From a virus, in UHGV virus genome UHGV-0016039: a DNA stretch of 44,102 nt; one strand, written 5' to 3'. Numbering within the stretch: position 1 is the stretch's first letter; each line of letters starts with the position of its first letter. Made by a program: the position numbers and the translations under genes. This document shows positions 27,836 to 36,641 of this stretch, piece by piece. Under the pieces are notes generated by a model. The model ran no database searches and had not been told where the DNA came from. It saw nothing but the letters and a program-made list of their open reading frames with translations.

Positions 27836-27939
27836 CTTCTTCACTCTCCTGTGCCGGTGGTACTGGTTCTGGCTCCGGTTGTTCTGGTTGCCGTTTAGCG
27901 TTGGCGGCGATTATCGCCGCGAGTAATGCAGGATTCATA

Positions 27940-28449
27940 TTACCCCCTGAATACGTCGAAATTGCCTGCGGCGTTACCGCCAGAATCAACCCAGTGCCCT
28001 AACAAGCCATCCCACCACGGGAACGATACCCCGCTACCAATCGACGCCGGGTCATACTCCATCGTGATCGGGCCAACCGTTTCGCGGATAGTCTCCTTAC
28101 CATCGCCGATCGGAGAAATATCAACATTGTCCGCCACCAGCATCGCCAGCCGGTAAACAGCCTGCTCAACGGCAACGGGGATTGATGCAAAGTCTACGAT
28201 CTGCCCTGCGGGCACTACCGCCACAACTTCAGTAAGCGTGTCTCGCACCGGCTTACCGTCCGACGGGTAATTGATGCGGGGCCATGCGTCGATTCCGGTC
28301 TGGTCCGCTTGTTCGCCGATCCAGTTGATGCCGTTAAGGAAGTCATTAACGACGGTAATGTGACGCGTTGCATAGCCCAGCGTAATTTCAACGCCTCGCG
28401 CAGCGGCATAATCAACAAAGGTTTGCGGGTCGCCATACATTTCATTCAC
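27940..28449 (-). CDS. hypothetical structural protein (head-tail adaptor position)
   Basis: ORF track; lies between capsid terminator and connector genes. Confidence 0.5.
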   Translation of the reverse strand: MNEMYGDPQTFVDYAAARGVEITLGYATRHITVVNDFLNGINWIGEQADQTGIDAWPRINYPSDGKPVRDTLTEVVAVVPAGQIVDFASIPVAVEQAVYRLAMLVADNVDISPIGDGKETIRETVGPITMEYDPASIGSGVSFPWWDGLLGHWVDSGGNAAGNFDVFRG

Positions 28450-28452
28450 TCC

Positions 28453-28484
28453 TATAAAAAAAGGGCGGGCATAAGCCCGCCCCT
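28453..28484 (-). terminator. rho-independent terminator downstream of major capsid gene
   Basis: aggggcgggc-ttat-gcccgccct followed by ttttttt on - strand. Confidence 0.65.
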
Positions 28485-28500
28485 TTGGGATGTGCGCCCG

Positions 28501-29595
28501 TTAAGACGCGGTGGTCGCAGTCAGCGTAACCAGTACGCCCGCCGTTTCCTTGATGTTACGGGTAGGCACTGCCTGCGCGGTCTGCGTACGGCGGCGGCCT
28601 TTAGTATCGCTATCGCCACCAACGTCCTGCACGGTTGCCGGTGCGTTGTCTACTTGGCCCTGGTCCAGTTCCCAGTTAGCGGAAGTGGTGATATCGTCCA
28701 GTTTGAACGAGCGAATACCTTCGACCGGAGTACGAGCGGACGCCTTCAGACGATAGCCTTTAACAGCCACGTTGAAGTCGAACTCGCCCTGCCACCAGCG
28801 CTCAATGTTCTCGTTACCGCCTTTTTCCTGCGCCAGCATATCAAGGCCGTTGGTGGTAACTGCAACCGCGCCAGGGACCAAGCCCAGCATTGTACCCGCG
28901 CCCATTGCATCGGCAGCGGCATCGGAGATAATGAAACGGCGGCCCAGGCCATCGCCCATTACCTGCAGATCGCCGATCGCGAATACCTGCTCGGCAGATG
29001 GAAGCGCCTGGTACGCGATGAAGTTGGCCCAGGTAACGCCGTCCATAAACCAGGATTTAATCAAAGACGCCTGATCGCCGAACTTGGAAGCCGCCAGCGG
29101 GAAGTCTGCCAGGGTCGGGAAGGTACGACCGCCAACTCCATCAACGCGCGCCGGTTGGGTGTATTTTGCCGCTGCGTTGCTCTCGATTGCCGCTTTACTT
29201 GCGCCGATACCCGCTTTCAGGTAGTGCAGCATAATCGCTTGAGTAGCCTGTGCCGCAATCTCAGCCGCAACGCTGTTAACGTTGGTTTCGATTTTAGCCA
29301 TCATAGCCTTAGTGATTGCTACCGGACCCACTTTCGCGGACAGGTTAACCGAGTTGGTCAGCATACGCGCCAGCACTTTTGCGGTCGCCGGAGTACCTAC
29401 GGGGGCGTAGGCGTTACGGTCGGTAACGAGGTTGGCGATCAAGCCTACGGACATTTTTTCTACAACGTCCTTCAGCACTTCACCCGTGCCGAGAACAACA
29501 GCGCCGTTAGCGGCAGCGTTGAACACGTTCAGGTTATCGGGAATCATTTGCGTAACCGCGGTGACGAGTTTACGCTGGAACACTGTTAAAGACAT
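28501..29595 (-). CDS. major capsid protein
   Basis: 364 aa; follows scaffold gene, strong terminator downstream; ATG 29595 with AGGA. Confidence 0.75.
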   Translation of the reverse strand: MSLTVFQRKLVTAVTQMIPDNLNVFNAAANGAVVLGTGEVLKDVVEKMSVGLIANLVTDRNAYAPVGTPATAKVLARMLTNSVNLSAKVGPVAITKAMMAKIETNVNSVAAEIAAQATQAIMLHYLKAGIGASKAAIESNAAAKYTQPARVDGVGGRTFPTLADFPLAASKFGDQASLIKSWFMDGVTWANFIAYQALPSAEQVFAIGDLQVMGDGLGRRFIISDAAADAMGAGTMLGLVPGAVAVTTNGLDMLAQEKGGNENIERWWQGEFDFNVAVKGYRLKASARTPVEGIRSFKLDDITTSANWELDQGQVDNAPATVQDVGGDSDTKGRRRTQTAQAVPTRNIKETAGVLVTLTATTAS

Positions 29596-29695
29596 ATCGA
29601 AATCCTTTGAGTTGTGAGCATTCGCCCAGTACCGTTAATGTTACCTTAGATTTACGCGCTCGCAAAATTGCCCGCTTTCGCGGGCAATGTGCTTA

Positions 29696-30394
29696 CTAGT
29701 CGCCCATTTTAGCGATGATTTCACCAGCCTGTTTCGTCAGATCGGTGATGCCGAAGCTGTGGCCCATAGAGATTTTCGACTTCACATCTTCGACGACCTG
29801 CGTCGGTTTGCTCGGCGCACCACCGGCTGGCGTGCCAGCCAGGACAGATGCAAAATCGGCGTTACTACGGAACTCTTTTTCCAGTTCTTCCATAGTAAGG
29901 GCGGACGGTTTGCCATCCTGCAAAACACGCACTTTCAAGCTGCCGTCTTCGCCGTCTTCCAGCGTCAGGCGGTCCATTACGTGGCGTTGCATGATTCCAG
30001 CATTCTTACCAAACAGCTTCGAGGCCAGGTCTTTGGCAGCGCTGCCGATGGTTAGGTCGTGGATCTGCTTGCGGTAGGCTTCGATTTTTCCCGATGTGTC
30101 TGCTTCGTGTTTTGCAAACTTATCTTTCCAGGACTTGTCGATCGCTTCGAGGTCGCCATTTTTGCGCGCAGCGGCTTCCTCTTTCTCTTTCGCAAGTCGC
30201 TCGGCTTCGGCGCGGCGTTCAGCTTCTGCTTTCTTCTCGCTCACCAGCTTCGCGTTGTTGTCTTTCAGACCCTTGATTTCCGCCTGTACTTCTTCTGCGG
30301 TCATGAAAGTTGATTTATACCCGTCGCCATCGGCAACAAAAAGCGCCTTCATACCTTCCGGCAACGCGTCATATTCTGCTTTAGTAAGTTTCAT
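29696..30394 (-). CDS. capsid scaffolding protein (coiled-coil)
   Basis: ATG 30394 preceded by AGGGGGA; charged helical sequence (KAEAERRAEAERLAKEKEEAAAR). Confidence 0.6.
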   Translation of the reverse strand: MKLTKAEYDALPEGMKALFVADGDGYKSTFMTAEEVQAEIKGLKDNNAKLVSEKKAEAERRAEAERLAKEKEEAAARKNGDLEAIDKSWKDKFAKHEADTSGKIEAYRKQIHDLTIGSAAKDLASKLFGKNAGIMQRHVMDRLTLEDGEDGSLKVRVLQDGKPSALTMEELEKEFRSNADFASVLAGTPAGGAPSKPTQVVEDVKSKISMGHSFGITDLTKQAGEIIAKMGD

Positions 30395-30484
30395 GCTATC
30401 CCCCTGGGATTGTGGCAGAGCAGGCCACCCGCTCGACTTCACGCTTCTAATATTATCAGCGATAAAAATAATCGCAAAATTCGC

Positions 30485-30513
30485 TTGCAATCCTCGTATT
30501 GGTTGCATATATT
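30485..30513 (+). promoter_or_regulatory. sigma70-like promoter TTGCAA-17bp-TATATT with two TTGGTTGCA elements
   Basis: TTGCAA 30485-30490, TATATT 30508-30513; TTGGTTGCA at 30499 and 30513. Confidence 0.5.
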
Positions 30514-30542
30514 GGTTGCACACCAACAACGAGGACACCCAA

Positions 30543-31307
30543 ATGAGACTGACTAAAGTCATTAAAAATCAGATTCTGGCTAACATCCTGCGCGACCACG
30601 AAATAGCGACCAAAGCCAAACTAATAATGATGGACTCGCGTGACTTGGCTTATGCCGTTACGATGGACTGTATGCCGGAAGGCATTCGCACGTTCGCAGC
30701 GCTCCGCGAGCATATCAAGACATTCAGCGGCGACCAGTCGCCGATGTACGGCGTCAGCGTCTACACCAACAAGGCAACATATAGATATGACTCAGGCCTC
30801 CCTAAAGGTATAGGCAGCGTTTATGACGCCACTTTCGAAATAAACGCAGGCGGTAATGTTCGTACCCTATCATTGAGTGGTGACGGTCGGAGATTCCGCC
30901 AACACCGCGGATACTGGGAGGACAAGTATATGAATAAGCTCGCACCGGATCTTAGCGATATTGTTCCTGGGTTTGAAGAAGTTTTGCTGGCGTCAGTGTG
31001 CGAAGTGGACGAGGACGGGAAAGCGTTGCCGATATATCTTCCACGCGGTCGCGCAGATTACCCGGCGGACCATGATTTTTGTAAGCGCCTGGACTGTAAC
31101 GATAAGGCCCGCCGGGAGTTGCGTGCTAAGTATGACGCGTTCAAGTTGACCGTTACCGGTGTGCTGGACCTGCACAATACTGACAAGAAGCTGATTAAGG
31201 CATGGCCTGAAGTTGAGCAATTCATCCCTTACCCGGACAAGCCAAAATCCACGGCGGTGGCGCTGGATGTGAAAACTCTCAACGAGATTTGCGGTATTCC
31301 GCGCTAA
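30543..31307 (+). CDS. hypothetical protein (254 aa) encoded opposite to the flanking head genes (moron-like)
   Basis: ATG 30543 preceded by GAGGA; own promoter upstream and terminator downstream. Confidence 0.6.
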   Translation: MRLTKVIKNQILANILRDHEIATKAKLIMMDSRDLAYAVTMDCMPEGIRTFAALREHIKTFSGDQSPMYGVSVYTNKATYRYDSGLPKGIGSVYDATFEINAGGNVRTLSLSGDGRRFRQHRGYWEDKYMNKLAPDLSDIVPGFEEVLLASVCEVDEDGKALPIYLPRGRADYPADHDFCKRLDCNDKARRELRAKYDAFKLTVTGVLDLHNTDKKLIKAWPEVEQFIPYPDKPKSTAVALDVKTLNEICGIPR

Positions 31308-31309
31308 CG

Positions 31310-31335
31310 AAAAAGGGGCCATTACGGCCCCTTAA
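31310..31335. terminator. bidirectional rho-independent terminator
   Basis: aaaa-aggggcc-atta-cggcccct. Confidence 0.6.
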
Positions 31336-31552
31336 TTATTTGCTGCAACTCCAGGACCTGCGCCCTCAGCTTTGCCCCGCATTCCATATTTTTCACGTCA
31401 ACCATCAAATCCTCGTCGGGGTCTGAGGACGGGTTATCGAACTTGCACGGCGGTCGCAGCGCCGACTCCGTTAGCGGCATCAACGGCGCGTTGCTTGATC
31501 CGCACGCGCTCAGCATCAAAACTACAATCAGGGCGGTTAGGGCGCGTAACAT
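31322..31552 (-). CDS. outer-membrane spanin lipoprotein (Rz1-like), overlapped with Rz
   Basis: MLRALTALIVVLMLSACGSS signal peptide/lipobox, Pro-rich, C-terminal Cys; AGAGG upstream of ATG 31552. Confidence 0.6.
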   Translation of the reverse strand: MLRALTALIVVLMLSACGSSNAPLMPLTESALRPPCKFDNPSSDPDEDLMVDVKNMECGAKLRAQVLELQQIIKGP

Positions 31553-31763
31553 ATTTAACAACCTCTTTCGTGATAGTCCGGTATTCTACGTCGCGGGCCT
31601 GTTCGGCCTGCACGGAGCGCTCAACAACTTTAGTTTGCTGCCGTTGGGCTTGGGCTTGGGCTTCTTGCGCCGCCTCCGCCACTACGCCAGCGCGATAGGA
31701 GTCACCCAGCCAGAATCCCACCGCCAGACCGATAACCAGTCCAATCGCTGCATATTTAATCAC
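31434..31763 (-). CDS. inner-membrane spanin (Rz-like), N-terminal TM plus coiled coil
   Basis: YAAIGLVIGLAVGFWLG TM then AQEAQAQAQRQQ coiled coil; GTG start 31763 assumed (ORF track starts at TTG 31793). Confidence 0.55.
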   Translation of the reverse strand: MIKYAAIGLVIGLAVGFWLGDSYRAGVVAEAAQEAQAQAQRQQTKVVERSVQAEQARDVEYRTITKEVVKYVTRPNRPDCSFDAERVRIKQRAVDAANGVGAATAVQVR

Positions 31764-32859
31764 GCCATAACCCCCGGTTTTTAAGCTGTGCAATAGTCAT
31801 CAGTTCGCCAGAATCGGTAAACATCTTCGGCACTTTCACGCCGCGCATAATCTGGTCGGCGCGTTGCACTCCATATAATTCCTCCAGGATATGGCGCGGC
31901 TGGCGCTGTACCCATGAGAAGAAATCCGTCTGCGCGTCGACCTGCTCACTCAGCAATCTGCCTGCGTCGGCCTTCAGTGCCGGACGCTTACCACTGGGCC
32001 AATCTTCCATACCTTTGACTTTCCACGTCTCCGTCGAGCGGCAGCAATAATGTAGCTTGCCCGGACCAGCGCCATATTGTGATCCCGCCACCACTTTTCC
32101 GCCTCGCTTCCCTTTCGTATCGGGAGTAACATCAACCGGATAAAACAGGCGATCGCGTAGCTGGCACATGGGAGAAGTATGCGTGTCCAATGTAGATAAC
32201 CATTGGCGACCTTCGAGAATATCGTCATTTGCTTTTACCATTAGTTCGCGGGCGGTCGCCGCATAGTGGTTGACTGCGGACTTAACAACGCTTGAGATGG
32301 CTTGCGCACTACGACCGCCTAGCGCGCGCCTCACGTCCGCGATAATTTCCATCGTTGGCTTGCCCTGGATGAATCCTGCGCGCACCTGATTGCCGATCTG
32401 CGTCCTGGTCCACTCAGAAAGTGAGTCAGGCCATTGCATCATCGTATTACCCTGGAACGGGTTTTTCATTGCCGTCGCTGCGATCTGCGCACCTGTCACT
32501 ACGCCAACCACCTCGACCGCCGGTACGGCGACCACCGGCTGGATCGCTGCCGTTAATGTGTCGGCGAGATAATCGGCCTCGGTGTCGGCAAACTCCTGAA
32601 GGCTTTCCGCCAGTACCTTAAACTCGGTGCGCAGTTCCGTTTTTACGGTCTTGTCGAGTTGCGTTAACAACGTGGTAAGTGCCTTGTTGTTCATGGACTT
32701 TTTTCCATCAAGTAACTCGGTCAGCTTACCCAGTAACGTGGGCCGGAACTTCTCCCACATAGCCAGCACCCTCCGCGCCTGGTCATTACTCAGGCGCTGG
32801 GTGAAGATGTGACGGCGAATCATTCGATCCGCCATATATTGATTAATTGTCTTCGCCAT
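31756..32859 (-). CDS. head morphogenesis protein (Mu F / SPP1 gp7-like)
   Basis: position directly downstream of portal; 367 aa. Confidence 0.65.
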   Translation of the reverse strand: MAKTINQYMADRMIRRHIFTQRLSNDQARRVLAMWEKFRPTLLGKLTELLDGKKSMNNKALTTLLTQLDKTVKTELRTEFKVLAESLQEFADTEADYLADTLTAAIQPVVAVPAVEVVGVVTGAQIAATAMKNPFQGNTMMQWPDSLSEWTRTQIGNQVRAGFIQGKPTMEIIADVRRALGGRSAQAISSVVKSAVNHYAATARELMVKANDDILEGRQWLSTLDTHTSPMCQLRDRLFYPVDVTPDTKGKRGGKVVAGSQYGAGPGKLHYCCRSTETWKVKGMEDWPSGKRPALKADAGRLLSEQVDAQTDFFSWVQRQPRHILEELYGVQRADQIMRGVKVPKMFTDSGELMTIAQLKNRGLWRD

Positions 32860-34363
32860 TGTCCGCTACCTCGTCCGGGGCTTCTTCGGTCGATTCTACC
32901 GCATCCAGGGACATTTGAGGCAATGGATTCTGATTTCGCAGTTCGTCTTCCACCTGCTCGACGGTTTGCGAGTCATCAATAACACCCTGGGCCATCATCC
33001 ACTTGATAAAGTCCGCCAGACGGACCGTACCGGTCTGCACACCCGCCATCATTGCGGTCATAAGCTGTGCGTCAACCGTGATTTCGGTGTAGAACTTATT
33101 CAGCGTTACGCGTTGATCTGCGGTGTCGCCCGTGAACAGCTTGACGATTTGCAGCGCACGGTTGAAAGCCTTCTCGACGTTACCGGCAATCAGTGACAGG
33201 ATACTGTTATCAGTCTGTGCATCATAGGCCGCCTCGGTTGCCGTCTTAGGTGCGGTCCCCTTCTCGACCAGGGCCGCGCCCAGTTTAGCCATTTGCAATT
33301 CGCGGCGCTCACACAGTGCAACAGACAAGTTGCGCTCCTCCGCCTGAAGCAGTTTGGCGTCCATGTTCTGACCCAGGATAACGCCCTTAGTCGCGCCGAG
33401 AGCAATGCCGCCCTTCAGGTTTTTGTCCGCCCATGATTGAGTCAGGCCCGTAGCAACGAGGGTTGGCTGGCCCACAATGTGCGCGATCTCGGCAACGTCC
33501 GCTTCGGCGTTGTAGTGCTTAATGTTGATGGACGCAATATCCGCCAGCGGAGCGGCGTCAGGAGATGCGTTGTTGTCCACCGCACCGCACCAGCAAAATG
33601 GCAGTTGCGTAAGCGCGCCACCGGCTGCGTCCACCAACGGTACAAGGTCGGTGCGGGTGAAGCCCCGCGGCAAGTCCATTTGCACCTCGGACGTGTCAGC
33701 GTTGTAAAACCAGCGGCGGGCGTGTGCCTTGCCGTCAATCATGCGAAGCTCGGTCCAGATGGTTACTTCGTGGTTTGCGAAGTCGTCCGGGTCTTCGGTG
33801 CTGATTTCGTCCGTTTCCTTCAGCACGATCAGCGTATCGACCCCGTGGGTCTGCCGCCAGTTGATAATCTGCTCCGCCGTGTACAGGCGGATAAGCGGGC
33901 GGTGTGACGCCATCTCAGCGGCTGTCTGCGGCACTACGTTACCCAGTTCATCAAAATGCGCCTGGCGATCGTAGTCCACCATAAAGCCTGCACGACCTGA
34001 TTGCAGCACTTCCGACATAGCACCGCGCAGGAGTTGCGGCAGCGGCATACCACTGCCGTCTACGTCGTCAATCAGGTCAGCCATCGCCCCGGAAAGGTCC
34101 AGACTTACCGGCTTCGCAAAGGCAACGCCTAACAGCGCGTTTAGTGTGCGGGCGGTGGCGTTCAGGAATACAGCGCGTTGCTTATATGCTTTATACCGCG
34201 CCCGCGATTTAGGGTCGGTGTTGTCCCCGCTGGCTGGGTGTGGCAGGTACAATGGCCCGCACGCCTTCACGGCGCGCTCCCCTGCTACGCAGTCACGGAT
34301 CATTTTCCACTCTGGCGCGATGCGCGCATAGAGCGGGTGCTGGTTGTCAACGTTAACGGTCAT
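32843..34363 (-). CDS. portal protein
   Basis: 506 aa, acidic C-terminus; synteny TerL-portal-MuF. Confidence 0.75.
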   Translation of the reverse strand: MTVNVDNQHPLYARIAPEWKMIRDCVAGERAVKACGPLYLPHPASGDNTDPKSRARYKAYKQRAVFLNATARTLNALLGVAFAKPVSLDLSGAMADLIDDVDGSGMPLPQLLRGAMSEVLQSGRAGFMVDYDRQAHFDELGNVVPQTAAEMASHRPLIRLYTAEQIINWRQTHGVDTLIVLKETDEISTEDPDDFANHEVTIWTELRMIDGKAHARRWFYNADTSEVQMDLPRGFTRTDLVPLVDAAGGALTQLPFCWCGAVDNNASPDAAPLADIASINIKHYNAEADVAEIAHIVGQPTLVATGLTQSWADKNLKGGIALGATKGVILGQNMDAKLLQAEERNLSVALCERRELQMAKLGAALVEKGTAPKTATEAAYDAQTDNSILSLIAGNVEKAFNRALQIVKLFTGDTADQRVTLNKFYTEITVDAQLMTAMMAGVQTGTVRLADFIKWMMAQGVIDDSQTVEQVEDELRNQNPLPQMSLDAVESTEEAPDEVADNGEDN

Positions 34364-34374
34364 GGTCGGTTTCC

Positions 34375-35760
34375 TTAGTAGAAGTCTACGGTAGGAACAG
34401 CGGCTATTGGACGAATCACAGGGAACAGGTGCGCAATAGGGTAGCCCGCCGCGTCATTCATGTGGTCCACACCGGCAGTTTTATCCGGTTCGCCTTTCTT
34501 AAGGTCGTACACCTGCTGTTCCAGACATTTCGCTAGTGTAGGGCATTTATCCAGGTTGACAAAATACTGGCGCACGCCCTTCGAGTTGCACATCATCGTA
34601 TTCATCGCGATCAATCGGTCTTTCACAGGTGGGTTAACGCTGTCATATTCCACCTCGAAGCCAGCGTCTTCTAGTTGTGCGATATCGGACGACGACGCGT
34701 TGACCGTCTTGCGGGATTTGCCGCTGCTGTCCGGGTAAACGACAACACGACCGGCAGCGCAATGCTCGGGGTATCGCTCCTCGATCGCTTCAATCATAGC
34801 TGGGGTGTCAAACAGGTCCACAAATTCATCCACTGCGTGAATCTCGTCGCGGAACTCTTTGTTCTCCGTGATGCGCTGCCGTCTTACATACACGACCGCC
34901 GCCATTTTCGTGACGTTAAAGTCCATACCGATAATCAGCGTGTCTTCCGGCTGCACTTCTTCGGTGCTGGCATTCTCCTCGCGATTAAACATCTTGTACA
35001 CCGCGCCCGACGTAAGGTTAACAAACAGGCCGTTCAGGTACGCATCAATCAGGTTAGCCGGGTACTGACTGCGAAGCGTGTCGATAAAGTCTGCCGGTAA
35101 ATGGTGGTTGTCCGTGGTCTTCGCCCGGATCAACCGTTTTTGGTTATCCTTCTCCACTTCGAAAATCTGGTACATCGCCCGGAAGCCTTCAGGCGTGGAC
35201 ACGATGACAAACTGGCGGACCAGGCCCGCACGCAGACGACCGAGCAATTTGTGATATGCCGCCATTGCAACGTCTTGCTTCGTGGTGTCGAACTCGTCGG
35301 CAACAATCCACGCGGCGTTAACCCCGATCAAGCGGGTGTAGTTCTCCATTGACTCACAGATAACGCGTGTCCATTTGCCTTTCACCAGCACACTATAAAT
35401 CTTGTCCTGCTTGTTGAACTTCCACCGGAATCCAGCCTCGTCGAAAGCCTTCTCAAGCTCCGGGTACATGATTTTAACCAGGAGCGGAATGGTCGGTTCT
35501 GTCACGATGCCGTCATGGCCGGGGTTAAGTGTGAGAAGCTGGATGACCTTGCGTGCCGCAACCCACGACTTGCCGCCACCGAAGCCGGAGCAAAGGCCGA
35601 GGATTTTGGTCTTCGTGTCGCGCAGTAGTTCTACCTGGTGCGGGAGACAATCAGGCTGATACAGGCGGACGGCCTGCGCAACGCGTGTAGGGCGTGGCGG
35701 TCGGTTTCGCTTTGCGATCGCGCGTTCAAGTGCGCGGTGTTCTGCCGCATAGTTACGCAT
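34375..35760 (-). CDS. terminase large subunit
   Basis: Walker A LCSGFGGGKS; 461 aa; TAATG overlap with small subunit. Confidence 0.88.
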   Translation of the reverse strand: MRNYAAEHRALERAIAKRNRPPRPTRVAQAVRLYQPDCLPHQVELLRDTKTKILGLCSGFGGGKSWVAARKVIQLLTLNPGHDGIVTEPTIPLLVKIMYPELEKAFDEAGFRWKFNKQDKIYSVLVKGKWTRVICESMENYTRLIGVNAAWIVADEFDTTKQDVAMAAYHKLLGRLRAGLVRQFVIVSTPEGFRAMYQIFEVEKDNQKRLIRAKTTDNHHLPADFIDTLRSQYPANLIDAYLNGLFVNLTSGAVYKMFNREENASTEEVQPEDTLIIGMDFNVTKMAAVVYVRRQRITENKEFRDEIHAVDEFVDLFDTPAMIEAIEERYPEHCAAGRVVVYPDSSGKSRKTVNASSSDIAQLEDAGFEVEYDSVNPPVKDRLIAMNTMMCNSKGVRQYFVNLDKCPTLAKCLEQQVYDLKKGEPDKTAGVDHMNDAAGYPIAHLFPVIRPIAAVPTVDFY

Positions 35761-36311
35761 TACTCACCCTGGCCTTTGCCGGTAGGTTCGACAACGACGT
35801 CGCCGTTATCATCTTCGTCGTCATCCAGCGGAGCATCGTCTCGAATGCCGTGGTTGGCTTTAAGCAGGAACGTAGCGAAGCCCGCCGCGATGGTCACGCC
35901 GCCAGCTTCCATCAGGAAAGTTTTCTGCAACTCCATAGCGTCCGCCATCGCTTCGGCGAACTCCTCATGTGCGCGCGCCCAGCGGTACAGGCAGGCAACG
36001 CCCACGCCAATTTCTGCGGCAAAACGACCAAAGGTCGGCATCTTGTTTCGAGGTATGACTTGCGCAGCGCCCTTGTCGGAGTAGTTGATCTGCCAGGCTA
36101 CGGCATCGGCGAAATAGCGACGAAGCTGGTCGCAATACACGGTGCGGTAGTCGGTCGGGCGTCCACATTTGCCGCCTTTACGGCGCTTGCCGTATTCGAT
36201 CTCAGGTCCGAGATTGGTATGTTCGGTTTGCTCGCCTGGTTTACGGCGCGGGGTAACTGCTACTCGTCCGTCCAGTTTGGCACGACGGCCCTTAACTTTG
36301 ATTTCTGCCAT
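35760..36311 (-). CDS. terminase small subunit (start uncertain: 36311 or 36332)
   Basis: HTH-like segment FGRFAAEIGVGVACLYRWAR, acidic C-terminus; position upstream of TerL. Confidence 0.55.
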   Translation of the reverse strand: MAEIKVKGRRAKLDGRVAVTPRRKPGEQTEHTNLGPEIEYGKRRKGGKCGRPTDYRTVYCDQLRRYFADAVAWQINYSDKGAAQVIPRNKMPTFGRFAAEIGVGVACLYRWARAHEEFAEAMADAMELQKTFLMEAGGVTIAAGFATFLLKANHGIRDDAPLDDDEDDNGDVVVEPTGKGQGE

Positions 36312-36428
36312 GATATAAGCCCTTTTATGCATATGCGCCGACCATCGGCAACATAGGAGACGGCCCAGCCATCTAAGGGGGATTATAACAGGCACAAAAA
36401 AGCCCACCAAATCGGCGGGCTGGGTGGG

Positions 36429-36641
36429 TTAAACGGCGCGACCGTAGTATCTGGTCAACATGCTTTCTACTTCGCTTATAGCGCCTTCTGTGTAGCGTAT
36501 TTGCGATAGTATCTCGATCCGCTCGCTAATAGACATGCCTATTGCCGCTGCCGTTCGCTCGAATCGGCGCAAGCCTTCAAGCTGTTTGCGTAGCTCTTTC
36601 AGGCGGGTGGCCTGCGTGCTCATGAATACTTGTCTGATCAT
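36429..36641 (-). CDS. hypothetical protein (70 aa)
   Basis: ATGA overlap with upstream phosphoesterase gene. Confidence 0.45.
   Translation of the reverse strand: MIRQVFMSTQATRLKELRKQLEGLRRFERTAAAIGMSISERIEILSQIRYTEGAISEVESMLTRYYGRAV

Noticed and set aside
27824-27939. 38-aa Pro/Glu-rich ORF in the gap between 27940 gene and head-closure gene
   Set aside because: Very short, low complexity, no convincing RBS; the gap more likely holds only the RBS of the downstream gene.
28309-29589. 426-aa ORF on + strand
   Set aside because: Antisense to the major capsid gene over its whole length; Arg/Gly/Val-rich mirror-frame composition; no RBS.
35694-36356. 220-aa ORF on + strand
   Set aside because: Antisense to terminase small subunit and TerL start; shadow ORF.
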